DNA of 64,000 bases, from the NCBI GenBank assembly GCA_964588355.1, contig CAZPPB010000004.1, forward strand, positions 2,992 through 66,991. The letters are read 5' to 3'. The stretch is from an uncultured Spirochaetaceae bacterium (GTDB taxonomy: Bacteria; Spirochaetota; Spirochaetia; SZUA-6; DRHE01). The notes below the pieces were generated by a model. The model was not told where the DNA came from, made no database searches, and worked only from the letters and a program-made list of their open reading frames with translations. How positions within the stretch are numbered: position 1 is the stretch's first letter; each line of letters starts with the position of its first letter. This document shows, in pieces, positions 27,565-39,512 of this stretch. The translations under genes were made by a program, and so were the position numbers.

Positions 27565-30290
27565 AGCGCACCGGGTTATATGAAAAACATCTGGACCTGG
27601 GAGCTCGCCTGGTCGAGTTCGCCGGCTGGGAGATGCCCGTGCAGTATCCCACGGGCATCGTGGAGGAACACCTCCTGACCCGGAAGAGTGCCGGCTTGTT
27701 CGATATCTCCCACATGGGCCGTTTCCTCATCTCGGGAGGGGGGGCACTGGCTTTTCTTCAGCATGTCCTGACCAACAATGCGGCGGCCCTGGAGCCGGGC
27801 CAAGCGCAGTACACGATGATCCCCAACGCCGAGGGCGGGGCGGTGGATGACGCCTATCTGTACTGCCTGGACACCCCGGCGGAAAAGCGTGCGCAGAAGG
27901 CGCTGAGCGCCCGGGAATATCTCCTGGTCGTTAATGCCGCCAACCGGGACAAGGACTGGGACCATCTACAGTCCATGAAACGCGAGTTCCCCGGTGTGGA
28001 GCTGCGCGACCGCACCCGGGAACTGGCCATGCTCTCGCTGCAGGGGCCGGAATCCCGTAAGATTTTGATCGATCTGTTCGGGGAGGCGGCGCTGCCCGAG
28101 CCGGGGCGCAACAACCTGCTGAGGATTTCCCGCAACGGTCTGGAGCTTACTATCGCCCGGACCGGCTACACCGGAGAGCCGTTGGGCTTCGAGATTTTCG
28201 CACCCGCCGAAGCAGTTGCTGGACTTTGGGACGCCCTGCTGGAAGCCGGGGCGGCGCCGATCGGTCTCGGAGCCCGGGATACGCTCCGTCTGGAGGCCGG
28301 CCTGCCCCTCTACGGGCACGAACTGGGGATCGGTCCGGAAAACCGGGAGATCCCTATCTACTCCTGTCCCCTGGCCCGCTTTGCGGTGAGCCTGAGCGAG
28401 GCGAAGGGCCGGTTTGTCGGCAGGGAAGCCTTGGAGGAGCAGTTTGCGGCCTACAGGAGGATCGTCAAACACAACTACCCCCGGGATGGTGTGCGGAAGG
28501 GCGAACAGCCGCTGCCGCGGATTATCAGGCTGTTCGAGCTCAGGGATAGAGGGATCGCCCGCCAGGGGGCCGAGGTCTTTGTAGAAGATCGCCGGGTCGG
28601 TTGGGTGACCAGCGGAACCATGGCTCCCTACTGGATCTTCGAAGGAGAGGGATTGTGCAGTGTTCCTTCCGATCGCAGTGACCGCAGGGCAATCGGCATG
28701 GCGTTGATCGACAGCGGCATCGAAGAGCAGACCGAGATCCGGATCGATGTCCGGGGCAAACGACTCAGGGCGATCACCGTTGCCTATCTGCTGCGGGCCG
28801 AAGCTCCACCCATGGCCCGGCCGGTTCTCTGGACAGCGGCGGCGGAGATACCGGCGGCTGATACCCGGGCGGCACAGCCCGCTGCCGAGACCCGGGAGGA
28901 GGCCCGCCCCTACCCTCAGCGGGTACGGGAGCTGCTGGAGGGGAGCATAGAGAACACCCGCTGGCGGCAGCAGCGCTGCATCAACCTGATTCCCTCTGAG
29001 ATGACCCAGTCCTCTATGGCTCGATTGCTGTCGGTCATGGATCCCTCCTTCCGTTACGGGGAGCATAGGAAAGTCAAGGCCTTTTACGACGCCGAAGTGT
29101 TTTACTACCAGGGTACCGATTTCATCGATGCGGTGGAACGTGCTGTGGTCGAGGAGCTGCGTCGCTTCCTGGGCTGCCTGAGGGTCGAGACCCGGATAGT
29201 GAGCGGTCAGATGGCCAACATGGCCCTGTTCAGCGCCCTGGTTGACTACCTCAACCGGGACGACCGCAGGAGTGAGCCCCGTCGGATCCGGTCGATCATG
29301 AACAACCACATCATCAAAGGCGGTCATCTCAGCGCCCAGCCCATGGGCGCGTTGCGGGATTTCGTGGCCCGGGATCCAACTCGAGAAGCCCCCGGTGTCG
29401 TCAATTTTCCGGTCTGCCGGGATGACCCGTACAGGATCGATACTGAAGCGCTGCCGGAGCTTCTCGATCAGCACCGGCCGGAGCTGATCGTTCTGGGTAA
29501 GAGCATGATTCTGTATAGGGAACCGGTTCGGGAGATCCGCCGGATCCTGGATCAGCTGTCCTTGGACACGGTACTGATGTACGACATGGCTCACGTCCTC
29601 GGTTTGGCGGGGCCTCACTTCCAGGATCCTTTCGCAGATGGAGCCGACGTCGTCACCGGTTCGACCCACAAGACCTTCTTCGGGACCCAGCGGGGAATCG
29701 TGGCGGCGAATTGGGCGGAGGAAGACCCGGCCTACGAGCTGTGGGAGACGATCCAGCGGCGTACCTTCCCGGGGAGTGTTAGCAACCATCACCTGGGGAC
29801 TTTGCTAGGATTGCTTGTGGCCGCCTACGAGATGAACGCCTTCAAGGGAGAGTATCAGAAGGCGGTCATTGCCAATGCTAAGAGTTTTGCCCGTGCTCTC
29901 AACGATGCGGGACTCGCCGTTGCCGGGGATCCTGATGTGGGCTATACCGAGACGCACCAGGTGGTCGTCGAGCTGGGCTACTGCCGGGGTGTGGAGGCGG
30001 CCCGCCTTTTGGAGGAGAACAACATCATCGTCAACTTCCAGGCCTCTCCCCGGGAGGAGGGATTCACCGCTTCCGGAGCTCTGCGCATGGGGGTGTCCGA
30101 GATGACCCGCTTCGGGATGGGGCCGGGAGATTTCACGGCCCTGGCGGGATTGATCCGGGATGTGGTTCGGGACGGAAAAACCGTACAGGATCAGGTGGTT
30201 CAGCTGCGCAGCGGTTTTCGGGAGCTGCAATACTGTTTCTCCGGCGAAGAGCTGGAACGGCAGGTGGAGGAGTTGCACCGGCTGATCTAG
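27561..30290 (+). CDS. gcvT: Aminomethyltransferase (GcvT, aa 1-~413) fused in frame to a serine hydroxymethyltransferase-like fold-type-I PLP domain (aa ~456-909)
   Basis: N-terminus [29 protein letters not shown]…[11 protein letters not shown]… is GcvT. After a Pro/Ala-rich linker (…[36 protein letters not shown]…), the C-terminus has SHMT blocks by eye. These are LIPSEMTQS (SHMT LIASENFTS), [12 protein letters not shown] (VDMAHVAGLVAA) and [19 protein letters not shown] (VVTTTTHKTLRGPRGG, PLP lysine at aa 704). It is a single 909-aa ORF. Confidence 0.8.
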   Translation: MKRTGLYEKHLDLGARLVEFAGWEMPVQYPTGIVEEHLLTRKSAGLFDISHMGRFLISGGGALAFLQHVLTNNAAALEPGQAQYTMIPNAEGGAVDDAYLYCLDTPAEKRAQKALSAREYLLVVNAANRDKDWDHLQSMKREFPGVELRDRTRELAMLSLQGPESRKILIDLFGEAALPEPGRNNLLRISRNGLELTIARTGYTGEPLGFEIFAPAEAVAGLWDALLEAGAAPIGLGARDTLRLEAGLPLYGHELGIGPENREIPIYSCPLARFAVSLSEAKGRFVGREALEEQFAAYRRIVKHNYPRDGVRKGEQPLPRIIRLFELRDRGIARQGAEVFVEDRRVGWVTSGTMAPYWIFEGEGLCSVPSDRSDRRAIGMALIDSGIEEQTEIRIDVRGKRLRAITVAYLLRAEAPPMARPVLWTAAAEIPAADTRAAQPAAETREEARPYPQRVRELLEGSIENTRWRQQRCINLIPSEMTQSSMARLLSVMDPSFRYGEHRKVKAFYDAEVFYYQGTDFIDAVERAVVEELRRFLGCLRVETRIVSGQMANMALFSALVDYLNRDDRRSEPRRIRSIMNNHIIKGGHLSAQPMGALRDFVARDPTREAPGVVNFPVCRDDPYRIDTEALPELLDQHRPELIVLGKSMILYREPVREIRRILDQLSLDTVLMYDMAHVLGLAGPHFQDPFADGADVVTGSTHKTFFGTQRGIVAANWAEEDPAYELWETIQRRTFPGSVSNHHLGTLLGLLVAAYEMNAFKGEYQKAVIANAKSFARALNDAGLAVAGDPDVGYTETHQVVVELGYCRGVEAARLLEENNIIVNFQASPREEGFTASGALRMGVSEMTRFGMGPGDFTALAGLIRDVVRDGKTVQDQVVQLRSGFRELQYCFSGEELERQVEELHRLI

Positions 30291-30386
30291 AGGCGAGGGG
30301 TGATTGCAGGGGCCCGCTGTCTCGACCTCTGGAAGGTTAGAGCAATTCGGGTTGGGACGATATGTGGCTGTGCAGAAGGAGAAATG

Positions 30387-31139
30387 ATGGGTGCAAAGAA
30401 AACCTGGCACGAAGAGGATACCTTCTGGAAGGAAACACTGCCGGTGCTGTTCCCGGACAGCCGAATACAGGAGGCACAGAAAGAGGTGGAGCAGATCCTC
30501 ACTCTGACCGAGATTCCGGCTGGGGCAGCCGTGCTGGATCTGTGCTGCGGTGTCGGCCGGCATTCCCTGGAGCTTGCCAGGAGGGGGTTTCGGGTGACCG
30601 GGGTGGATCGGACAAAGCAGTACCTGGACCTGGCGGCTTCCGAGGCTACGGCAGAAGCCCTGACCCTCGAACTGATTCAGCAAGATATGAGAACCTTCTG
30701 CAGGGAGGAGCGATTCGACGCGGTGCTCAACCTGTTCACGTCCTTCGGCTATTTCGAGGATCCCCGGGATGATCAACGAGTTGTAGCCAATATACATGCT
30801 TCTCTGCGAGCCGGCGGAGTGTTTGTGATGCAGCTGATGAGCAAAGAGGTGCTGGCCCGCATCTTCAGGCCCAGGGATTGGTACGAGCAGGAAGGGTTGC
30901 TGGTGCTGGAGGAGAGAAAGGTCAGGCAGAGCTGGTCCTGGATCGAGAGCCGCTGGACCCTGATCCGCGAAGGCCGACGGGTCGACCTGGACCTGTCCCA
31001 CCGTCTGTATTCGGCCTCGGAGCTTGCATCCCTGCTTCGGGAGCGCGGATTCGAGGAGGTTGTCGCCTACGGAGATTTCGACGGTTCCCCCTACGACGAA
31101 AAGGCCGACCGCCTGGTTGTCCTGGCCCGCAAACGGTAG
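30387..31139 (+). CDS. Class I SAM-dependent methyltransferase
   Basis: SAM motif I VLDLCCGVGRHSLELA and motif post-I. AAGGAG 5 nt upstream of the ATG at 30387 (an alternative ATG is at 30384). Confidence 0.7.
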   Translation: MGAKKTWHEEDTFWKETLPVLFPDSRIQEAQKEVEQILTLTEIPAGAAVLDLCCGVGRHSLELARRGFRVTGVDRTKQYLDLAASEATAEALTLELIQQDMRTFCREERFDAVLNLFTSFGYFEDPRDDQRVVANIHASLRAGGVFVMQLMSKEVLARIFRPRDWYEQEGLLVLEERKVRQSWSWIESRWTLIREGRRVDLDLSHRLYSASELASLLRERGFEEVVAYGDFDGSPYDEKADRLVVLARKR

Positions 31140-31299
31140 AGCAAGCAGTCAGTCCCGCCTAACTTTCCCTGATGCCGGTTGGATCATAGCCAGGGTTACT
31201 CCCGAAGGTTCGTTGAACAGGCTCGGATTGCTCTCCATCGCGGCCTCCTTGATCTTATCTCATGCCGAGTTGATGAGAGCCCTGTCCGTTCAGACCGTA

Positions 31300-31671
31300 T
31301 CAGTACAGAAAGGATGAAACCCTGTTGAGGAAATCCTCGGCACCGAAGGGTTTAAGAATCAGCCCCGCGCAGCCCGCCTCACGCATTGCAGGATCCTCCT
31401 CAGGGATTGAACCGGCGCTCAGGATCACCACCGGGATATCCGCAGTCTCGGGGTCGGATTTTAGGATCCTGGTCGCCTCCAGCCCGTTCAAACCCGGCAG
31501 TTGAAGGTCCATCAGCACCAGGTCCGGACGCTGCTCCCGGATGAGCTCGAGGGCCTGTTCGGCATCCACCGCTTCGATCACCCGGATCTTCCTCATGGTC
31601 AGGATCGTGCGGATGAGCTTACGGTTCAAAGGCGCATCGTCTACGACCAGTACGGTTTTATGGTCCAACAT
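31300..31671 (-). CDS. Single-domain response regulator (CheY-like receiver)
   Basis: MLDHKTVLVVDDAPLNRKLIRTIL…PDLVLMDLQLPGLNGLE…IPVVILSA. GGGAGGAAAG lies upstream of the ATG at 31671. The ORF-track N-terminal extension is spurious. Confidence 0.75.
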   Translation of the reverse strand: MLDHKTVLVVDDAPLNRKLIRTILTMRKIRVIEAVDAEQALELIREQRPDLVLMDLQLPGLNGLEATRILKSDPETADIPVVILSAGSIPEEDPAMREAGCAGLILKPFGAEDFLNRVSSFLY

Positions 31672-31715
31672 ATCCTGTTCTTTCCTCCCGCTTCCCACTA
31701 CTACGCGCCGGACTC

Positions 31716-33173
31716 TCAGCTTACATAATCTATCAGCTCGTCCACGACCCTTTTGTCGAGCTTTCCCGCCTTCACGTCCTCCTGGAGAATCTCGATCGCC
31801 TTCACCTTGGGCATCGCCGGGCGGTAGGGTCTCTCGGTGTTGAGGGCGTCGTAGATGTCCACCACGCACATGATCCGGGCCGCCAGGGAGATCTCATCTC
31901 CTTTGAGTCCGTCCGGATACGAGGAGCCGTCCAGCTTCTCGTGATGATGGCGGATGACATCCAGGGCCAGTCCGAGGTTCGATTTCATGGGCAGACAGAT
32001 CTGATATCCGATCTCCGGATGGGCTTTCATTTTTTTCCACTCGTCGGGCTCGAGTTTTCCGGGTTTGTTGAGGATCTCCTCGGCAATGCCGATCTTCCCG
32101 ACGTCGTGCAGTATTCCCCCCAGGCGAAGGGCGAATATCTCTTTATCATTGAGGCCCAACCTTTTCCCGAGGGCCTCGGCCATACTCGCCACCCGCTGGG
32201 TGTGTCCCAGCGTGTACTGGTCCTTGGCCTCGACGGCACCGGCCAGGGAGAACAGGGCGTTCTCCACACTGACCAGGTTCCTGTTCAGCTCTCTGACTCG
32301 AATCAGGGCACGGGTCCTGGCGAGGAGCTCCTCCCGGTTGGCCGGTTTGGAGAGAAACTCGTCCGCCCCGGCTTCGATGCCCCGTACTTTCGCCTGCAGA
32401 TCATCCAAAGCGGTGATCAGAATAACGGGAATGAAACGGGTATTTTCAATGGTCTTGACGCGTTTGCACACTTCGTAACCGTCCAGACCGGGCATCATGA
32501 TGTCGAGCAGTATCAGGTCCACCTCGCTCTTGCCAAGCAGAGTCAAGGCCTCCTCGCCGCTGTGGGCTGTGAGCACATCGTATCGCTGGGGAACCAGGTA
32601 TCCTTCCAGGAGCTTGATGTTTCGGCGGTCGTCATCCACGATGAGCACCCGCGGCCTATCGTCCCCCTGCTCCACGATCGGGCGGGCGAAGTAAAAAATC
32701 CGCCTGTTCGGCGTCCGCTGGGCCTGCCGTAGCGCCGACATGGTTTTATTGAGCAATCCCTCTCGGTCGGGAGCGTCGACCGGGAAGGAAGCCATGCCGA
32801 TGGAGAAGGTCAGCTCGTCGGAGAAGCGTCGTTCGACGGCTCTGCAAATGCGCTCCCCCGCAACATGGGCGACCTCCGCCGGCGTTTTCAGGAGCAGAAC
32901 AGCGTACAGGTCCTCATCGTAACGGCAGGCCAGATCCACATCCCGGATATTCCCTTCTATCAGGGTTCCCAGCTCCTGCAGGGTCTGTACATCCTCGGGT
33001 GGGTTTTCCGCCCGCAGCAGAGCTACGGTGAAGGGATCCCCGCTTCGCTGCGAGCGCAGGAACTCCCTGTCCAGCTCCAGAGCGAACAGCTCACGGGAGT
33101 ACAGGCCCGTTTCCGGATCGCCGTAACCGCCTCCGATTTTCCTCTTCTCGGTTCTTTCGAGATCCTCCGGCAT
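31716..33173 (-). CDS. HD-GYP c-di-GMP phosphodiesterase with N-terminal degenerate GGDEF-like domain and central REC domain
   Basis: HD-GYP blocks (HDVGKIG, HHEKLDGSSYPDGL). REC block (RVLIVDDD…LILLDIMMPGLDGYEV). The N-terminal ~160 aa resembles GGDEF, but the signature position reads RYDEDLYAV rather than RxGG(D/E)EF. Confidence 0.75.
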   Translation of the reverse strand: MPEDLERTEKRKIGGGYGDPETGLYSRELFALELDREFLRSQRSGDPFTVALLRAENPPEDVQTLQELGTLIEGNIRDVDLACRYDEDLYAVLLLKTPAEVAHVAGERICRAVERRFSDELTFSIGMASFPVDAPDREGLLNKTMSALRQAQRTPNRRIFYFARPIVEQGDDRPRVLIVDDDRRNIKLLEGYLVPQRYDVLTAHSGEEALTLLGKSEVDLILLDIMMPGLDGYEVCKRVKTIENTRFIPVILITALDDLQAKVRGIEAGADEFLSKPANREELLARTRALIRVRELNRNLVSVENALFSLAGAVEAKDQYTLGHTQRVASMAEALGKRLGLNDKEIFALRLGGILHDVGKIGIAEEILNKPGKLEPDEWKKMKAHPEIGYQICLPMKSNLGLALDVIRHHHEKLDGSSYPDGLKGDEISLAARIMCVVDIYDALNTERPYRPAMPKVKAIEILQEDVKAGKLDKRVVDELIDYVS

Positions 33174-34994
<1,821 letters not shown>

Positions 34995-35099
34995 CGATCT
35001 ACGAGGCGATTATAGACCGAAAAGCCTGAGATATAGTATCCCGTTGGTCGATAAAAGTCGCACCCTGATATCCGATAATCCGGCAGGTGAAGCCGGGAT

Positions 35100-35684
35100 T
35101 CAGCGGATGAAAATCGCGGCCAGAGGGATGAACACGCCGATCTTCACCAGCGCGGCCAGCAGGATGTAGACCCACGGACGGGCTTCCTTCATCCTGGCCA
35201 GTCCCAAGGCGATCAGAGCGATTTCCCAGATCGAGATCAGAGAGTGAATCAGGGGTGTGATTCCGCGTCCGTAGATATCGAGGGCGATCGAAACCCAATC
35301 GACCAGCCAGGTCACCGGCATCGGAATCAACAGGCCGAAGCCGATGACGTTGAGGATCCAATCGAAGTCGCTCTCCTTTCCCATTCCGCGGAGGATCAGG
35401 TGAACCAGCGCGCCGGCCAGTAGCCAGCAGGCAAGTCCGAACAGGGGCAGAAAGAAGATCTCCGCCGTGTAGTACTGATCGGCAGCCAGGAAAGCCAGGG
35501 AGGAGGGGTAGAAGGGCGTTCGCTCGAGTATCCGGAGGGCCAGAATCGATGTCAGAGCCGTGACCACGAAACGCAGCAGGATAGCCCACAATCCCCAGTA
35601 GGGTGCTGGTTTGGGCTGAAGCCTTTTGAACGCGCCGGTGGGGTTGTACAGGCCGTGAATCCATATTCGTAGAAAGCTCATCAT
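35100..35684 (-). CDS. Polytopic membrane protein (Yip1-domain-like)
   Basis: 194 aa with 4-5 predicted TM helices and no other motif. The family guess is made by eye only. Confidence 0.45.
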   Translation of the reverse strand: MMSFLRIWIHGLYNPTGAFKRLQPKPAPYWGLWAILLRFVVTALTSILALRILERTPFYPSSLAFLAADQYYTAEIFFLPLFGLACWLLAGALVHLILRGMGKESDFDWILNVIGFGLLIPMPVTWLVDWVSIALDIYGRGITPLIHSLISIWEIALIALGLARMKEARPWVYILLAALVKIGVFIPLAAIFIR

Positions 35685-35842
35685 CGGTCCGTCCAGGTTC
35701 AGTATAGATCAGACCTCGATTCGGTCAAAGGGGGTGACGGTTGATTTCCTTGTAAGGCGGCAAGAAGCGGTTATTCCCCCGCTTCAGCTCCCCCAACTCC
35801 TGGTCCTTGACCAGCAGCGGTTATGAGGGCAATGATCAGGGC

Positions 35843-36664
35843 ATGAGGAAATACGCTATCTGCAATGAACTTTTCGGTGACATGGATTTTGCCGACTCCT
35901 GTGCGCTGCTGCGGCGCTACGGATATCATGGAATAGAGATAGCTCCGTTCACCCTGTTTGACGACCCCGGCATCTTCACGTCTGCTCAGGTGTCCGAAAT
36001 CCGCCGCGTACTGGATGACCACGATCTGCAGTTCACCGGCCTGCATTGGCTGTTTCTCAAACCCGAGGCTCTTCATATCACGACCCCGGATGAGACGATT
36101 CGCCGTCGGTCCTGGGATCACCTGAAACGCCTGGTTGATCTTGCCGGACAGCTGGGCGGGGGTGTTCTGGTGTTGGGTTCCCCGAAACAACGCAGCAGTG
36201 TGGGCATCAGCCGGGAACAGGCTGCAGCCAACCTGGAAGCGGGCCTTGGCTCCCTGGCGGAATTTACGGTTCAGAGCAACTGCACGATCCTGTTGGAATC
36301 CCTTTCTTCCGACCAGACCGATGTGATCAATACCATGGCCGAAGCCGAACAGTCGATCAATCGGATCGGACACCCGGCGATCCGGGGTATCTTCGATTTC
36401 CACAACTGTGCGGATGAAGCGCAGAGCTGGGAACAGCTGATCGAAGTTCACTTCCCCATCATCCGTCATGTACACCTCAACGAGGTCAACGGCAGCTATC
36501 CCGGTACGGGAAGCTCCGACTTTCTGCCGGCTTTCGCGAAGTTGAAGGAGAAGGGATACGGCGGCTGGATCTCCCTGGAGATCTTTCATCTTCCTGAGGA
36601 CCCAGCCAAGGTTCTGCAGGAAACCAGGGATTTCCTCGATCGGATGGAAGAAGCGCTGGGCTAG
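35843..36664 (+). CDS. Sugar phosphate isomerase/epimerase (xylose-isomerase-like TIM barrel)
   Basis: MRKYAICNELFGD…GYHGIEIAP…LESLS…HVHLNEV…GWISLEIF pattern typical of the AP-endonuclease 2/xylose isomerase-like family. The ORF-track start 35807 is probably too early. Confidence 0.6.
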   Translation: MRKYAICNELFGDMDFADSCALLRRYGYHGIEIAPFTLFDDPGIFTSAQVSEIRRVLDDHDLQFTGLHWLFLKPEALHITTPDETIRRRSWDHLKRLVDLAGQLGGGVLVLGSPKQRSSVGISREQAAANLEAGLGSLAEFTVQSNCTILLESLSSDQTDVINTMAEAEQSINRIGHPAIRGIFDFHNCADEAQSWEQLIEVHFPIIRHVHLNEVNGSYPGTGSSDFLPAFAKLKEKGYGGWISLEIFHLPEDPAKVLQETRDFLDRMEEALG

Positions 36665-37753
36665 ATGAGAAGCGCGACAATCTGTGATCTTCACTGCGAC
36701 ACCGCCCAGCTCTGGCAGGCCGGTTCCTCCCTGGAGGACACCTCCCTGCATGTGAGCCTTCCCCATTTGATAGAGGCGGGCGTGGGGCTGCAGGTGTTTG
36801 CCGCCTACGTTCCGGCAGCCCTGCCCGAAGAACGGCGCTTCTCCTTCGCCTGTGAGACGATCGAACGCATCAAAGAGGAGATAGAAGGACATTCGGACCG
36901 GATCGTCATATGCCGCGGCGCCCGTGAAGTCACAGCGGCCGTGGATCAGGGCAAGATTGCCGCGCTGCTGTCCGTGGAAAACGGGGATGCCATCGAAGAG
37001 GATCTCGACAAGCTTCAGCAGTTTTATGGAATGGGCGTTCGGCTCATGACCCTCATTCATACCCGCAGCAACAGCTGGGTGATCTCCTCGAATGACAAGC
37101 AACCGGCCTTCGCTGGCCTCTCTCCATTCGGCCGAGAGGTAGTGGAAGCGATGAATCAACTGGGGATGATCGTCGACGTGTCCCATGTCCACGACCGGGC
37201 CGTGGAAAAGGTTTTGGAGCTGAGCAGCGCACCGATCGTGGCCTCCCACTCCTGCATGTACGGTCTATGTTCGATACCGCGGAACATCCAGGACGGGCTG
37301 ATCCGGGGTATCGCCGCCGGCGGGGGTGTGGTGGGTGTCAATTTTATGCCGGGGTTTCTGGACTGCGGCTACCGCAAGATTACCGAAAAGCGCTGCAAGG
37401 CCGTGTTCGACCGGCTCGATCGTCGGAGCGAACAAGCCGGCGCCGATGCCGCCGAACTCGGCAGATCCTGGATGAAGTACACCGAGGAATACGGCAGGGC
37501 GATCGGCTCGGAGAAGGTCCCTCTTGAGAAACTGTACGAACACATGGATTATCTGGTCGAAGTGGGCGGGGAGGAGGCAGCCGCCTTCGGCTCGGATTTC
37601 GACGGCATCCCCGACACCCCCATCGGGGTGGAGGATTGCCGGGGATTCAAGAATATTCGACAGGGCTTGAGGGAACGCGGTTATTCCCAGGATCGGCTGG
37701 AGAAGATCTGCTGGTCGAACTTCTTGCGGGTGCTGGGGGCGGTCTGCGGTTAG
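36665..37753 (+). CDS. Membrane dipeptidase (peptidase M19, renal-dipeptidase-like)
   Basis: N-terminal DLHCDT metal motif and an M19-typical sequence throughout. 362 aa. Confidence 0.72.
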   Translation: MRSATICDLHCDTAQLWQAGSSLEDTSLHVSLPHLIEAGVGLQVFAAYVPAALPEERRFSFACETIERIKEEIEGHSDRIVICRGAREVTAAVDQGKIAALLSVENGDAIEEDLDKLQQFYGMGVRLMTLIHTRSNSWVISSNDKQPAFAGLSPFGREVVEAMNQLGMIVDVSHVHDRAVEKVLELSSAPIVASHSCMYGLCSIPRNIQDGLIRGIAAGGGVVGVNFMPGFLDCGYRKITEKRCKAVFDRLDRRSEQAGADAAELGRSWMKYTEEYGRAIGSEKVPLEKLYEHMDYLVEVGGEEAAAFGSDFDGIPDTPIGVEDCRGFKNIRQGLRERGYSQDRLEKICWSNFLRVLGAVCG

Positions 37754-37781
37754 GGGGGAGGGGCATCGCCCCTTGTCGAGC

Positions 37782-39512
37782 CTATTCCCTGTCGGGGACG
37801 AGACCGGTTTGAGCGCTGTACAGCTCCGCGTACAGTCCAGGCTGTCCGACCAGCCCGTCATGGGTTCCCCGTTGTACGATACCGGTTTCCGCCAGAACGA
37901 TGATCTCATCGGCGTTGCGGATCGTCGAAAGGCGGTGGGCGATGATCAGGGTTGTACGTCCTACGATGAGCTTATCCAGTGCCTCCCGAATGATCATCTC
38001 CGTCTGCGTATCCAGGGAGCTGGTGGCTTCGTCCAGGACGAGGATACGCGGGTTTTTCAGGAAAGCCCGGGCTATGGAGATGCGCTGCTTCTGCCCCCCT
38101 GACAGTTTGATCCCTTTTTCGCCGATATGGGTATCGTAGCCGGCGGGAAGCTTGAGGATAAAGGAGTGGGCTCCGGCCTGTCCGGCGGCCTGCTGGATCT
38201 GTTCGACAGTTGCTCCGGGTTTGCCGTAGGCGATGTTGTCCCGTATCGTACCGGTGAACAGAAATACATCCTGCTGCACGATGCCGATCGCCGCCCTCAA
38301 GCTTTGCAGGCTCACCGTGCACACATCCATTCCGTCGATCAGCACCTGTCCGCCTTCCGGTTCGTAGAAACGGGGAATCAGGTGGCAGAAGGTGGTCTTG
38401 CCGGCCCCTGAAGGGCCCACCAGTGCAACGACGCTTCCCGGCTGGATCGTGAGATTCAAATTTTTCAGGACGTGACGATGCCTGTCGTAGCTGAAGGTGA
38501 CATCCTGGAAATCGATGCGCCCGGATCGGACCTGCAGCTCTACGGCCCCCGGAGCATCACGGATATCCGGTTCTTCGTCCATGATTTCGAAGAAGCGCCG
38601 CAGGCCTGCGTTCATGCGCTGAACCAACTCCACGGTCCGAGACAGACGTTCGATCGGTTCCAGATAGATCCCGATGTAGAACAGAAAGGCCACCAGAGTA
38701 CCCAGGCTCATGCTTCCGGCGATCACGAACAATCCTCCCGCTACGATGATCACCAGGCGGGATAGGTCTCTCATCAGAAACACCCCGCCGTAGAAGCTGC
38801 CGAGGATCCAGAGCACCGAGCGCCAGGATCGGTAGTAGGTCCTGTTCAAGCTGTCGAAGTTTTCCCGCTCCTGTTTTTCCCGGGTGAAAGATTGCATGAC
38901 CCTGATGCCGGAGATGATGTTTTCCACCTTGGCGTTGATCTCGGCGATGGCATCGTTGATGCCCTCGAAGCCCCGGCGGATGCGCCCGCCCAGTAAACCC
39001 GAATAAGCGGCCATAATGGGAATTGGAATCGAGCAGATCAGGGCCAGCTTCCAGTTCAATGCGAACAGCACGGAGTAGGACCCCAGGATCATTGTGACGG
39101 CCAGGAAGATATCCTCCGGCGCATGATTTACCGCGTCGGTCACTCTGCCGATGTCGTTGATCATCCGGGACATCAGTTCCCCGGTTTTTCGGTTGTCGAA
39201 GAAACGGAACGACAGGGTCTGCAGATGGTAGAACAGATCCCGTCGCATATCCTTCTCCATTTTGACAGCCATCAGGTGTCCGGCGTAGAGGGTGTAGAAG
39301 TTGCAGCCGTACTTGGCGAGCATCATCAGGGTGATCAGCAGACCGAGACGCAAGATACCCCTCAGATCCGCCTCCGGGATGAGGGAATCGACCACGATTT
39401 TCAGAAGATACGGCACGGCGATGGTGAGAGCGGAGACCAGGGCCACGGCGAGCAGATCGCTGGCCAGCAGGAACCGGTAGGGTTTGTAGTATGCCAGTAC
39501 CCGCCGAATCAT
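37782..39512 (-). CDS. ABC exporter, fused permease/ATP-binding protein (MsbA/type I exporter family)
   Basis: Six-TM N-terminal domain plus an NBD with Walker A GPSGAGKTT, signature LSGGQKQR and Walker B ILVLDEATS. Confidence 0.8.
   Translation of the reverse strand: MIRRVLAYYKPYRFLLASDLLAVALVSALTIAVPYLLKIVVDSLIPEADLRGILRLGLLITLMMLAKYGCNFYTLYAGHLMAVKMEKDMRRDLFYHLQTLSFRFFDNRKTGELMSRMINDIGRVTDAVNHAPEDIFLAVTMILGSYSVLFALNWKLALICSIPIPIMAAYSGLLGGRIRRGFEGINDAIAEINAKVENIISGIRVMQSFTREKQERENFDSLNRTYYRSWRSVLWILGSFYGGVFLMRDLSRLVIIVAGGLFVIAGSMSLGTLVAFLFYIGIYLEPIERLSRTVELVQRMNAGLRRFFEIMDEEPDIRDAPGAVELQVRSGRIDFQDVTFSYDRHRHVLKNLNLTIQPGSVVALVGPSGAGKTTFCHLIPRFYEPEGGQVLIDGMDVCTVSLQSLRAAIGIVQQDVFLFTGTIRDNIAYGKPGATVEQIQQAAGQAGAHSFILKLPAGYDTHIGEKGIKLSGGQKQRISIARAFLKNPRILVLDEATSSLDTQTEMIIREALDKLIVGRTTLIIAHRLSTIRNADEIIVLAETGIVQRGTHDGLVGQPGLYAELYSAQTGLVPDRE

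Noticed and set aside
27966-29792. 608-aa minus-strand ORF
   Set aside because: Antisense shadow inside gcvT::SHMT. It is Arg/Pro/Gly-rich with no motifs.
35771-37249. 492-aa minus-strand ORF
   Set aside because: It spans two well-supported plus-strand genes (sugar-phosphate isomerase and M19 dipeptidase), so it is a shadow.
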